A stretch of 56,385 nt of DNA, the filler included, from Sphacelaria rigidula (Eukaryota), in NCBI GenBank assembly GCA_964200075.2. It is 7 parts of 7 records of this genome, joined end to end, with 100 filler letters (N's around TTAATTAATTAA, not from the genome) between each part and the next. Parts side by side here need not be neighbours in the genome. Positions count along the whole stretch, not along the records: positions 16,141 to 24,110 come from CAXNAA020012802.1; positions 24,211 to 32,179 come from CAXNAA020012803.1; positions 32,280 to 40,248 come from CAXNAA020012804.1; 4 more parts are not named here. One strand, written 5' to 3'. How positions within the stretch are numbered: the stretch's first letter is position 1; every line of letters begins with the position of its first letter. Made by a program: the position numbers and the translations under genes. The notes beneath the pieces are model-generated. The model ran no database searches, was not told the DNA's origin, and saw only the letters and a program-made list of their open reading frames with translations. Shown piece by piece: positions 22,294-35,500 of this stretch.

Positions 22294-23776
22294 AGAACTC
22301 TTGATGGTTCAAACTCGAGAAAATAGCTCGCGCGGTAATAGTGTGTTATTATTTAACAACGTATACCTGATGAGTTCCTCTAAACGTTTTATGCCAGAAA
22401 TTACAAGGCGCATCAATGAAACGGCTTGCTCTCAATTCTTTCAAAATTCACAAAATAATATGATATTTCTCTCAACCTCTCCCTTATGTGGATGAGCTTC
22501 GGGGAAAATGAGTGCGTACCATATATTCCTTTTAGGAAAGGGAAACTTGAAGTTTGATGTTTCGATCACGGACCTGAGCACTTGAACCAAAAACCAAACC
22601 ATAAAAACAAATTAAATATTCACTTGATTCTTGACGTGCCTTGGTCATAATCTAACTCCAATCGGCCGGCCAAGGCACGGGAGAGTAGGAAGCAGGGCGC
22701 ATGACTATGCTCACGATCGTTGCCCTTTTCTGGTTGCCGAATATTTAGTTGGTGTAAAACACCAGGGAAGATTTCAGCTGTAGGAGTGAGATATATGGCC
22801 GGAGGTCGAAAAATTCCAACAACTACAAAAAAGCGCCAGAGTGCCTCGACTCCATACCGACACGACAGGGCGACTGGGGAACTGCTGCTACTGTTGCGGC
22901 GCCCGCCCCTTTGCTTGTGCAGGACGAAAACAAACGAAGGTGATATAGTTGGCCAGTACAGTACGACATGTGTTTCATTCGACGTGCACGGGATCGCTGC
23001 AGTATGTTGTGATGCCGACTGGAGTGCGGGCAACTATGGTACGGTTTACAGCAGCACAGTACGACAGTACAGTAACTACATTCTACACTCTTCCTGTTGT
23101 TTATTGGTCCCTCCTCACGGGTCTCATGTTATTGTCCCGGCGGCAAGCAACTGAGATAAAGGTCGACGTCCGGTTATTTTGCATTGCAGTTGGAATTGTG
23201 GGCGCGGGTTGCGAAGGGATAATCATGTGCGCTGGACAAACGAACCTCATACGAATGTTGCGTAGATGAGGGGTGCGCCCTGCGGGTTGTCTCGCCATTT
23301 TGCGCATTTGCTCTTTTCGTGCCCGTTTCTAGAGGGTGAGTTGTTCCCTCTATCGAGTACAATCGTCCGGTCCAGTGGCTTGATTTTCAGATTAAGTGAT
23401 TTTTCGAAAATGGTTACTCGTATGGTATGAAGCTGTCAGGCGTGGACATTTTTCGGGCTAGAGGAGGCCCGACGGCAATAACTGGGGCATAGGGTAGGGG
23501 GGATGCTGTTTGTCGGTGTACTGTCGGTGCCGCGTGTATCTTCTGTAGGTGGGGTCGTGTGTCCTCCAACCTTTTGATGCTCATGAATCGCCGAACCCAA
23601 AACGCATGCCCCATAACTCGTTGGTTCAAGTCTGTTCAGAGATTTTAAGGCTCTGTTTCTATTTGATCAAACGTTTGCGGCTGGCTGTCAACACCACCAG
23701 TGCAGGGGAGAGTGTGCTAAAGCACACCGTTGGGTAACCGGGTTGTAGAATGAGGTTCGTGACTTTACGGGAATCG

Positions 23777-23969
23777 CCCACCAGGGTGTGTGTTAGCTTA
23801 TGTTTTTTTAATCGAAAATGTGCCGTGGAAAAGCAAAATTCCGACCTGCTAGGTCGTGATTTCAATTATCGCGGTCCATGCTGAAATCACGACGTAGCAG
23901 CTCGGAAGTTTTGTTTTCCACCGCACTTTTTGGATCGAAGAACGATTTGCTAAGGCCAACTCTTGTGGG
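23777..23969. repeat. Imperfect inverted repeat of about 190 bp (hairpin)
   Basis: GTGGAAAAGCAAAATTCCGACCTGCTAGGTCGTGATTTCA pairs with TGAAATCACGACGTAGCAGCTCGGAAGTTTTGTTTTCCAC, with weaker pairing in the outer arms. Confidence 0.75.
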
Positions 23970-24110
23970 AGCGTTTAGAAGTTTATTTTGCAATAACTTT
24001 AAACGTTTTTTTTTATTTGCCTTAGTTGTGTATTTCGTGCCCGTTCACCCTGATGACAAAGAAAAAAAAAAACTCCTCTGAAATCGGTACAAAATTAAAT
24101 TTTCAAACAC

Positions 24111-24210
24111 NNNNNNNNNNNNNNNNNNNNNNNNNNNNNNNNNNNNNNNNNNNNTTAATTAATTAANNNNNNNNNNNNNNNNNNNNNNNNNNNNNNNNNN
24201 NNNNNNNNNN
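24111..24210. other. Artificial contig linker
   Basis: Same spacer. Confidence 0.98.
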
Positions 24211-24574
24211 ATTATTGTCGATGTATATAATTGGACACACTTACATCCGTTGCGTGGTATGATTGGACAAACCTTACCCGAATTCTCAAGGGAGGACATT
24301 CTTCTTCGGTCTTCCACTATAAAAATGGTTGCCGTCGGCCAATTCTGTTTCCACGTTTTCCTCTTCGTCAGGGCTTCTCATAATAAGGCGTTTGGCCAGG
24401 GGACAGGAGGGGAGGGTTCCAAAAGGGTTAAAACGTGCAAACTCCTAACTACTTGGTTTGAGTATTACACATCTATTAGGGTGAATATTACGTCAAGACA
24501 GGAAAAATTGTATGAGATTATCGGGTTTCTCCACCAAACTTCGTACATGTGTCCCTTGGACCGTCCTGGGACGC

Positions 24575-25205
24575 ATCATTTCATTATTTCTTTTTTTGAG
24601 TCATTCTGTACCGCCTTCCGGGGGTCTTTGTACTGGGACCCCCGGAAGCCGGTAGAGAACGGAGAAACTTCAAACCCTTGCCAAGAACACAATTTTTCCA
24701 TTTGGAGCATCAATACCCACGGAACTGCCAAGTTTGAGGATGATCTGAGCTTTTCTACGACAGATATAAGGGAAATCGCCACGAGGCTCCCTGCGTCTTT
24801 CCTGGGTATCATGAGTGGAAATTAGACGATGCCAAACTCCACATCATCGAAAAATTACAGTTTCAGGTATAATTCGACTCCGTTGGAACCGTTTTCAAAT
24901 CGGTTTTCCCCGTTAGATTCTTGAGATGATTACGGTCACTACGATTTAAAGCATGTGGAGATTCGGTGGAAATTGGTCTCGGAATTCGTATTTTCAATTT
25001 CGAAACAGTTTGAAAGGCGCTGATTGGTCGAGACACATTTTCGTCCATTGCGCCACCGCTATAGCCTTGAACAAAAATCCGGCTATGTCACCCTCTTCGT
25101 CTGTTCATTGCGGTCAGTATGATAACATGTATGCGACTATTGGGTGCGTATTGCAGCAGGCATTAGCTGATGACAGAATTTGGGCTTTTTCCGCGAACCA
25201 CCCTG
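24575..25205. mobile_element. Second copy of the mariner-terminus non-autonomous element, without the SINE
   Basis: Colinear with 16141-17371. It ends CCGCGAACCACCCTG|TA. Confidence 0.7.
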
Positions 25206-26124
25206 TAGAACGAAACGTTCGCGGCGGATAGCTACTTCTCTTGTCTCTCACGTCTGCGGGCTTCATCATTCAAAGTTCCATAGCAAGATTCCGTAGCAAA
25301 GTTCCGTAATTCTCGCACTCACGGACTACGAAACGCCCGCGGCGGGGAGGCAAAATAAGTGGCCCCTTGCGTCTGCAGATTTCGTTTCACAGATATCCGA
25401 GCGCAAGTTCGGTACTTGTCACTCGCCTCTCTCTTGTAGTCTTCGAGGTTCGGGTACAGCTGTAGGGGGATAAGAGACGATATCAGGTACACCTGCTAGA
25501 TTCCAGTGACGACCAGGTGTTCCACCTCAACCGTCGACCAGATGGCCGTGTTTGAGGCAGCTTACATTGCTACTCAGCTGTACTTGAACATGTTCCAGAA
25601 ATACTCAGGTGCACCTGAATGTCGTCATTTCCCATTAGAGAACGACGCACAGGGCTTGAGTCACGGTCGTCCTTGCGTTCTCATTTGACTCGTAGAAGTC
25701 GCAATTGTCGTCAGTTTTTCTAAATGAATCGTAGGATGCGAATCAAACGTTGTCCCCATTTTCCAAACTGAGTCGAGTCGTAGTCACCCCCGTCTCCCGT
25801 ACGACTCGAGTTATACGTCAGTCGTCGGAAGACGAGATGATGCGCATGTCATTGAGGTTGGAACACATGGCTAATGAAGGACAAAAACCGGAGTGTTCTG
25901 GCCTGCCGTTGCTATATAATGTTACATAATCAAAAGCCAACAATGTACTCAAAGTAAAGCGTGGAGTCGTCAGTGCGGCTCACACGCAATACAGCGCGGT
26001 GATCGATCAACTGATTGATTGCCGTACATGCACAACCCTTCACCCGCCTCGCTCCAAATTCAGCCGTGATCACAAGTACAAAAAAATAACGTAAACTCTT
26101 ACGTGATTACGTGCGTCTCGTCAC

Positions 26125-29100
26125 CACGTCCGGGCAGCAAGCGGCATCATGTCTGGGGATATTGACTCAAGAGCAACCCAAGCCGGAAGCAATTCTATCA
26201 GCGCGACATGTACCGGCCGACTCTGTGTTACTAAGGTCGCGGGTGCATGCATTACTGCTCTGTCGGTACCATATGGCTTTACTGTAGTTTGCTGGCGATT
26301 GGCGAATCGCTCCCAATTACTTCGCCACCGACAAATGAGTCGTGATGACTTCAATCAGACTCGTCGTCCTTTTGTCAAATGACTCGTAGGACTCGCGTCA
26401 TACTCGTGATTTTCCGGAATGACTCAAGGGATTCCAGTCATGCTCATCCTCATTTTCCATGGATGACTCATAGGACTCAAGCAAGCACAAGTCATCATGC
26501 GTCTGACATATAAAAAGATGGTCATGGTGCAGTTTCCCTGCTACCCGGGAGTCTTTTGGGACAAAAGGATTTTGAGTAGTTGTGCAAAAGGGAGTTTCTA
26601 CTGTAAGGGGATACCGGGGTTTGCGTGCACAGGGGACCGCGACTCGGAGGTCGCTCTTCGCTCATTCAATCAAACCGCAGTTTAGGAAAAAGGGCGTCCT
26701 GTCTGAGCTAACACCATGCCTACGAAATGAATGTGTTCGCCAGCACGCGGGCCACCGTTCAAATATTTTGCACCACACCTTGAGCGACATGTCGGCTGTT
26801 TTTCGCACAAAAGCAACGAGGAGGGTCGAATACAGGCTGTAGTTGTCCAGCACCCAGGCAGACCACACGTCTGAGCGGTACTCGCCGGCACTCCTGCCGC
26901 CGCCTCCGTTCCCGGCACCTGACGACCGCCGACTGCCCGAGCCACCTCCAGTGTTATGGTTGCCCTGGGTCATCATCCACGGCGGGACAGAGGATCAGAA
27001 TACTGCTGGATAGCGGCGACAGGGTTTTACAGGCCCCATCGCGGTGAGCAGCGGTTCAAAGGCCAATCGGTAGAGGTAGCTATAGAGTTGGAGTTTATGG
27101 GGAAATGTGTAGATACAAGCCCCGCAAACTCGAAACAAGGTCGGTGTAAGATAACCCGACAACGAACGGCGATCGCACACCAGCATCCCGTCGTCCATGA
27201 CCCCCTGCACGACCGATATCATTCCCTCATCCATCTTCCCCCGACCGTTTTGGCGCTCACCACAAAGTCTGCTACGGCTGAGAACACACCACCTAGTCCA
27301 AGTCCACTACCACCGCCGCCGCCAGACTGCGAGGCCCTTCCCCTGCCGTCGCCGACCCTGCCCGTACCACCGTGCGCTTGATGTACCTTGGAGTGCCTGG
27401 GAACGGGTAGTGGGGAGCGACCTAACCAGAGAGAACCACCACCCGTCGGAGCAAGAGAGAACTACTATCAGCGGTTGCCAAGTTTTCGGGGCGGGAAGAA
27501 AAATCTCTTGACAATAATCAGCCGTGTGAGCGCCCATTTGTTTTGTTCCGAGATCTTGCTCGCTGATTGTCCCGCGATTTTTTGGAGTACATTTTTTTGT
27601 AACGAGAATATGGGTGCTTCATACACATGGGCGATCAGCAGGAGCGATGCAAAACGTAAACGCCTTTTCAGGCAACCGGTATGTAGAGGTAGAGGTTATT
27701 TGGCCGTGATTCGATAGGGAAAGGTGAAAGTATTTTACTTTGTTCATGCATCACTTTGCTGTGTGTCTCAAGATCTTCGTGTATGCACGACTACAGGTAC
27801 TGCTGCCGCGATCACTGCTACTGGTTTGCTGTCCCAAGACGGAAATATGCGTGCTGCTGGTCGTGGTTTACGCACCACAAAGAATGACGCACGGCGTATG
27901 CGTGGCAGCAGCCTCTTCTGCCTTGAGGTTGTCTCTCCATCGAAAACATCCGCTCCAAACCAACCCAAGGTTCATCCGTTCGGCCTCCCACTGGAGTTCG
28001 GGTGTCAAGAGGTCTAATTTCGGAAGTGTGCCGGGAAATTTTTTTCAACATAATGCCTTAAATTAACGCATGCGGTAGAAACTACACCCTCGGCCATAGT
28101 CTAGTACGTACATGAACCACAAATCGTTCTGCATCCTGCTTGCCTACAACACCACTGAAGTTTTTCGCATATACAAACTCAGTCATGTTCCAGCACGGAA
28201 ACAAAACTAGCTCAGTCATACTCCACCATACCCTCAAAATGAGAGCTGTGACATGAGACCTGTCCAATTTAGACAGACTCATGAGAAATCAGAGCACAAG
28301 TTAGCGTCCTCTTGTAGATGCCCATCAGCGAATAACCGAAACCTCACCTTGCAAGATGGACGGCGCGGCCCAAGGCCTCAGCCACAGCAGCCACAGCTCC
28401 ACCGCCAAGGAAAACACAGTAGACCCGGTCTCCACGCTACTTTCAGTGGAGAACAGAGCTCGCAAGAATGAAAACACGTGCGGCCGAAGCAACGAAAGAC
28501 CCGGAGTCATCGCGAACCCATCTCCTTCGCTCCCCCTCCCAACGTATGAGTATGAATCCGTCCCCGGTGCCGATGAAGCACGCGCGCAAGCATCGAGCAA
28601 CTGCGGGTCTGAGAGGAGGTGCGCCGATGTGACGAGAAGACCGTGGAGGACAACATCCGTGGGAGGCGTGTACTCGTTCGAGATTTCGGCGGCTACGGGG
28701 TCGAAGTGAACCGGAGGGAATTGCGCTCCATGTACAGCATGTTGACCCCGAGTGCTATCGTTGTTAGTGCTGCTGCTGCTGCCCCACGTAGGGTGATGGC
28801 CGTAAGGGGGTGATAGACTGTTGTTGTAATGGTCCGCCGCCTGTGTGTGTTGTTAGAATGGAGAGAATGGAAAAGAACGAGAAGCAAAAATATGCCGGTT
28901 TCGCGAGAGTGGTTCTTACTTGTTGTACAATTTCGTTGCCGCCGTCACCATAAGATCGTGCAGTCATGAATTTCAACCGGTGCGCAGCCTGTGAGCTCTG
29001 GAGTGGCTGCTTTACGGGACTTTGTACACGACAATGGCCAGTCGAGCGGGCATACATTCATACGTTTCACTTTTGCCGGAACGGATGCCTCGGCGGCTGC

Positions 29101-29828
29101 CACGGGACTCCAACCTCAAATTATTTCACCGCGACACTGAAGCAGTCAAGGTGCGAAATAGACCACGTCACGGCAAGAATATCTCTACAGCCATTGCTCC
29201 AGTATGTTTCACACAATTCGACGCACAAGTCCCTCACCTCTTTGGGAACTCCCGGCCTTAATACGGCGTTGCCTTCCAGCCAGAACTCCACCAGCACCCT
29301 GAGGAAGAGCTCGCAGTTCCTGTCGATGCCGCCGACACCATCGCCACCCCCCGCACCGCTGACACAAAACGGTGACACGAAGGTGACGAAACGCTTTTTG
29401 CGTGTGACGAGACGGCAATCCTATATGTGCATCGGGCATTGCATACTACGCGGAAATTTGTCGTCGTGTCGGAATACTTTCGGAACACAATTAGCTCAGC
29501 CGATCGTCGGCGAGCATAGGCTATCTGTTCAATGGGCTTCAATTTTCACTTGAAAAAAAGTATGCATAATCCAGATGGACTACCCTCTCGGCCAAGGGTT
29601 AGCCTTCGGTCTTGCACCCCCACACGTTGATATCGCCTCTTTGATGTGGTGATGAGTGATGATCATCTCCAAGTGCTTCTGAAAAACGGACATACATCGT
29701 ATTTCCAACGCATCTCGAAAGCAGAGAACTCGGTACCAACTTACCTGCGGTGTGGGAAAAAGAACTCGAGATAGTCCCTCAGTAGCACCATATAGGGATT
29801 ATTGTGCACTAGCCCCCGAACTCCAAAC
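26125..29828 (-). CDS. SMPD4: Sphingomyelin phosphodiesterase 4 (neutral sphingomyelinase-3)-like protein, partial; exons 29828-29745, 29358-29238, 28840-28348, 27421-27261, 26964-26779, 26222-~26125
   Basis: Exons with GT/AG sites join in phase and give the SMPD4-family motifs in order: PYMVLLRDYLEFFFP, ELFLRVLVEFWL, YTPPTDVVLHGLLVTSAHL, LRPHVFSFLRALF...FSLAVELWLLWLRPW, WSAWVLDNYSLYSTLLVAF. The end of the last exon is uncertain, and the start and stop were not located. Confidence 0.8.
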
Positions 29829-30272
29829 CTGAGGCACACAACGACAAGAAGAAAAAAAAACGCGCATCACACGTTGAAAGCGAAATAGTGTATGATCGAT
29901 CAGCGGGTACGCCACTCGATAAACGTATCATAAACACAGTCACGGGTACGTGACGCAGCAGTAGCAACGTTCCACCAATGCCTCGAAGAAGAGATCCGCG
30001 TAAACCCCTCTCGTCACAGTTGAGGCATCGAGAACGCTCCGAGGAACGTCAAGGGTATACTAGAGTAATCTTGGTTGTGTCCACACAACGTAAGTCGCAC
30101 ACGGCGCCCACTGGAATCCCTGCCGAGAAGCTCTGCGGCTGGACGAGAGATGGTTGCTATTTAACAGCTCATGAGCTACCTCAAATGACTACTGTAATCG
30201 AAGAGGACTCTCAGATCCATTGACAAAGGGCACAAAATACGTGACAGCCGGGTCCGAGAAGCCAATGCGCTA

Positions 30273-30803
30273 CAGTAGTGGGCGGTCTAACTATTCAGCG
30301 GGGTTTTGGGGTTTTCCTCGCGTACTACTCTTCGATAGAACTGGAATTGCTAGCGTCGGTAAATTTTGGTACAATAAACAGATCATCTTTAAAACACAGT
30401 GCCCAAGTCAGTGCTAGCTATTGGTGTTATCGGTCGAAACGAGTAGATACCCCGTTCATCAGGAGGGTGTTATTGACCGTGAAACACAGTTTTTCGGCTC
30501 TAGTGCAATGAGTAGGCAGAATTAAAAAAAAAAATTGTACATTTTTTCAGAAATATGTTCGAGAAAATACCGAAGAGTAAGAATCTGGGCTGGAACGTCG
30601 CAGGACCCCCGATGGCCGGTCAGACCGTAAGTCACTCAATATTGAGTACAGATGATTCTTTTTCTTGGCATGTGGAGCGGATACGAGTATCTTCAGATCC
30701 CCAATGTGATAGGTGGTGGCAAGCGAAAAGAGCCCAAGAAAATCGCCAAGTACGAAGAAATCACAACATGCCATAAAATGAATAGTTAGACCGCCCACTA
30801 CTG
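30273..30803. mobile_element. Tc1/mariner (pogo-like) MITE, 531 bp, perfect 25-bp TIR, TA target duplication
   Basis: TA|CAGTAGTGGGCGGTCTAACTATTCA ... TGAATAGTTAGACCGCCCACTACTG|TA. Confidence 0.9.
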
Positions 30804-30805
30804 TA

Positions 30806-31440
30806 GCGACACGAAATCGTTCGTACTTGGCGGGTAGGGCTCGGAGGATAATGTCCTCGTACTGCTCGTCGGGTATACATTGTCCCATTCCATCTAGGCG
30901 GTCACGGTAGCCGTCCATGACAAGCAGGAAGTCTTCCGGATCATCTCCGGACTGCATGGTTGTAGTATGAAGTTTGTCATGGAACTTCCTTCTTGCCTCT
31001 TTCCTATTGCCGTCATACTTGTTGTGCAGCGCTGCCCACGCTGCTTTCCCATCCCCGACCCTATCCTGTTGGGTTTTCCTCATAAGACGTCTGACGGTAT
31101 TGTTTGCTGATTTTTGCGTGCTAAAAAACAGAATACTAAACAGATCATTGTTTGCACGATCCCACGCCACTGAAGTTGTCGTATCACAGGGTGGTTGATC
31201 ATCATTGATTACGGTGGATCTGGGTCTTTGCCGCCCCTGCAGGATTTTTGGGATCGCATTGTGGTGGAGGGACAGGATCGCCCGGAGTTAGTCTTTTTAT
31301 TCCCGCCACCATATTTTGCAAAGAGTTTCAGTACTCTCTCGAATACCCTCATCGTCCGCCATGTGAATCCTGTTCGTCGCTCTACTCCAAAGTCACGAGT
31401 ACAGATAAAGGGTGTTCAAGGGCGTCCAATTATATAGTTT
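30806..31440 (-). mobile_element. Ty1/Copia gag remnant (UBN2/Retrotran_gag_2-like)
   Basis: AWDRANNDLFSILFFST...DGKAAWAALHNKYDG...KLHTTTMQSGDDPEDFLLVMDGYRDRLDGMGQCIPDEQYEDIILRALPAKYE. It is cut at the MITE TIR and degenerate upstream of about 31170. Confidence 0.85.
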
Positions 31441-32179
31441 CCTCACCACACAATCGGCTTTGTTCACCGCCGCTTGACTCGTTGGTAGCTCAGAAAGATA
31501 AGGTATGTAAAAGAGTAGCACCCGCAACAGTCCCCCACCGCGGGAGCGTCCGCCGGATGTACCGCTTATCTTTCACTGATGGATCGCTTCAGACAGATTA
31601 TCGATATACAAAATGTTGTAGGCATCATATGGCTGGGCACTTCAATAGTAGACGCGTTCAATTTTCTCCCCAAAGGGATCCGACGATTGCCCCGCTCTTT
31701 TAAAATCACGTATCTTACCAGGTGCACACAGGAAAGAGTGCCGTCCGCACTTCGGGATACACTGCTGCAGTGCCAGACGCACACAGATGTAGAGCCGTCT
31801 TTACTTTGACTCAACTCACGTTGTTTTTCAGCAAAGATCCCTTTTTTTGCTGCTGCCCTCCTTTCTTCCAAAGTCAGAGTAGACGTCAACGCCGAGGCTC
31901 AATAAACCTGTAAGAAAGGGTATCGCTAGGACTCCTTTGACGTGATCGCTAGAGTTGGCGCAATCTCACTCAAGCCAAGCAAGCAGGCAAGCTGTCTTGG
32001 AGTGTAGACGGAAGATAGTGTTCAAGGTGCCGCTTGCGGGCAAGACAGCCCAAACAACCCACCGTGTTGAACAGTCAACCAAGAAGAGTGAGGGCAACCC
32101 GATTACTGCTACGAACAGCCTGGATTCGTCTTTGAGGCTCAACATTTGGGTGAGGTTCAACGGACCATCGAAATTTCAT

Positions 32180-32279
32180 NNNNNNNNNNNNNNNNNNNNN
32201 NNNNNNNNNNNNNNNNNNNNNNNTTAATTAATTAANNNNNNNNNNNNNNNNNNNNNNNNNNNNNNNNNNNNNNNNNNNN
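32180..32279. other. Artificial contig linker
   Basis: Same spacer. Confidence 0.98.
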
Positions 32280-32558
32280 CGGGGGGAGAAAAAAAGGAAG
32301 GCAAAAAAAGGGGCCCTTCCCTTTTCATTTTTTTTCCCCCCCCCCCCCCCCCCCCCCCAGTAAATTTTGAGGAGCTCACAAACCCTTGTACGGTTAGCTT
32401 TAACAGTGTCTCAGCACTTATACTCCCTGTTGCCAACGTTTTCTGGTCTTGGTTTGGCCGTCGCTACGATCTTTGACCTCGCTACCGTCCTTCCCGTCGC
32501 CCTCGCGTCCCTCTTGTTGTCTGTGCGCTGCTTGCTATTTTGCTGCCGCGTCGACGTT

Positions 32559-35500
32559 ATGCGCACTCGCAACCAGACTCGCATATTCGCCATCGTGGTG
32601 ATCGGAACGCACGCGCTCGCCCTATTCGTTTTCGGATTCTACCTGTGGAGTGAGTCGTCGTCGAAACAATGAACAATTCACAAAAAAAAGGTTCATGCAT
32701 GCTGCACATGTGATCTCATTCAGACAGGAACACTCAACACGCTCCTACGCACATGCACTTGAGGAATGTTTCATTTGCAGGCATTTTTTGTCATGAAATG
32801 TAATTCTGCTTTCGAGTGGAAAATACCGCTGAGCGGCGACGCGGTTATCAAAAGAGCTTGGCTGAAGATCCTGATCGCTGATCGTTTCCCATACGTGCTT
32901 GGGATGGAGGGTTGTCAACGCGTATCTAAAATATTATCGCGTACCAGTGCCGGGTTGGGTTTTTTTCTGTCCGAAAATCGGGACCGATCTGCGCGGTTCT
33001 CCATCACTTTCTCCCCGTCAAGTTTTGTCGTGGATTTCTTTCATCAGAGAAAATCGCGTGTAGATTTATTCGACAGCGAGAAACCACGACTGGTTTATTG
33101 GTGCGCATCACCTGCTACCGTAGTGCAGTGCAGTGCAGTGCAGTGCAGTGCAGTGCAGTTCAGTTCAGTGCAGTTCAGTGCAGTTCAGCTCAGCTCAGCT
33201 CAGCTCAGCTCAGCTCAGTCCAGTCCAGTGCGGTCCAGTGCAGTGCGGAATACTTGTACGGTAGAGAGGCTAATGTACGACGAACGCTGACAACTAGTGT
33301 TGGTGCTCCCGAAACACCGATGATATTTATAACTGTTCCGACGTTTCCCGTCAAAATGCCAAGGTGAATTCACGGCCCATGTGATGATGACTGCACTGCC
33401 ATTTTTTCCGACGGCGGGGGAAATGTCATGGGATTAACTCTCGTATTTCGTATCTACACAAGAAGTTGTCACACTTGATACCGAAAACACTAGTACTGCA
33501 AAACCACCACTACTGTTGCTACTACTCTTATACTACTACCAGCGCTTCTCTGGCTCAAAGAGTCGTTGTTGACCGAGGTGAATCCTGTCAAAGACTTTTT
33601 TTTTTTTTCAACTCTGAAATATATCACCTCTGCTCGGTTGTAGGCGATCTATCTGGATGTTTTTTTGCTTCCAACTTTGTGTAACGAATTTTGCATCGTT
33701 CATAAGTCGTTGGGGAGGAGCATGGATGTTCGGAGTTTTGAAACCTTCACTTTCCTTGAAAAATTGCAACGCCTTCCAACTCCCTCGGTTTTTCCATAAA
33801 CAAAAATTATCCAGCTCAAATGCCGAGATGCCCGCATACAAGAATCATACGCGCCTCATGTATCTTTCGACGGTTTAGTACTATATCTTCAGTACAAGTC
33901 GAGCGTTACTTTGCTTGCGGATTTCTTCGCCGCGTCTGAACGAACCAGCCTGAAACTTGGCACAGAGGTAGACCACAACACAGACAGCATATTCCCGAAT
34001 CTGCGGCACGTTTTACGCGGTGCGCCAGATGCGCGACGCGAATACGGGTTTTCGGCAGTGCCATCGATACGCCCTTGAAACGGAGTCTCCTCGGATCAGA
34101 CTGCGTGAGACGTCAGGGGAAGCATATTATGTTGACAACGCAGATGCACTCACTTCCACATGATGACCTACTGGGTGGCTCCTGCCCCGGCAAACGAACA
34201 TCGATCCATATTTGGCGCACTCTGGATGATGTCATTCTACGCGGTACCTATGTTGGTATCGCCTGCAGAGGTGCTCACTTCAGAAGGCACGGCCGTGCAA
34301 ACGCTGTCAGTGCTTTTACTCGCTGGAACTTCGACCACATGTCATGTTGGCAACAGACAACAACCTCATCTTGCTGAAATCTGGGGTTGCGCAGTGTGTA
34401 CGTGCGTATTAGTGCGAAGATATGTCAGATTCTGTTACGATTGCTTTCGGCGTGAGACTGCCCTAGCCTCCCCCAGAAGAGTCTGGTCGTTCGCCATTTC
34501 CGAAGGGTGGGGTCTGCTGTGGACCAGATCATTTTCCAACGGCACACCATACGGTGCCGTGACCGTAGATTGTTCCGTGACCGTAGTTTCTAGAGGAGTT
34601 GGAAGGAGTCAAGAGTCATCACGGCGTGGATGATACATAAGGTGCATCCATCATACTCTATTTTTTACATGTCATCTTTTTTTTCATGCAAGATGTATCC
34701 TGCAGTATGCCTGAACATCGTATGTGAGGTGTGAGGTGTACATGTTGAATTGACTCTCGTTCCTGCCATGCTGCTACCACTCTCCGATGTGTTCCGCTGC
34801 GCGTCTTTGGCCGTTTTATTTTTTTTCACCAGTGACCTGGGTTGGCACACTATGCGGAATCATCGCGGCGTCCGTGCTGCTGTGCTGCTACAAGAAAGAG
34901 TGCTACACGTGCACCGGAGCGACGTGGGTCGTTGCCGCCATCTTCGACCTGATTAGTGCTATTTTCTGGTGGGTAGTAGCAATATATTGCCGCAGGGTTG
35001 TAGTAAGAATCGAGATTGTTCTTGCCGACTTTTTTTTAAAAATAGATTTTGTTTTAGTTTTGTCAGTCGATCATTACCCACAACAATGGAATTGAGGTAG
35101 TAGCGTTGAATCCCCTAACATGCAGATCGATACTCATTTCGTACTGGCTGTTTTCAGGTTCCATATTGGGCTGCTTGTGTCCTTCACCGATATCGAGCAT
35201 TGATTGTAGGAAAAGGCCTTACTTATTGTGCCATTTGTTGGAAGGTCCATGGCCTATGGCTGTGTTCCGCGTTGCTGCTTCTCCCCCCCCCCCCCCCCCT
35301 CCCCTCTTCCATTCGCATGTCAATGGTCACACGACTAAGGCAAGCAGCGAATGAGTACCCCCTTCCCCCCTCTTCAATCCATTCTCTCCCGCTCCCAGTT
35401 TAACCCTTGGACCGCGAGGTTAGTCTTCTGTTGAATCGGCACCAATTTCAAGTGAAAAAAAGTATGCATGATCCGGAAAGGCTAATCTCGCGGTCTAAGG

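Noticed and set aside
31719..31908. Upstream SMPD4 exon between good-looking minus-strand splice sites
   Set aside because: All three phases contain a stop. The candidate at about 25495-25617 fails in the same way.
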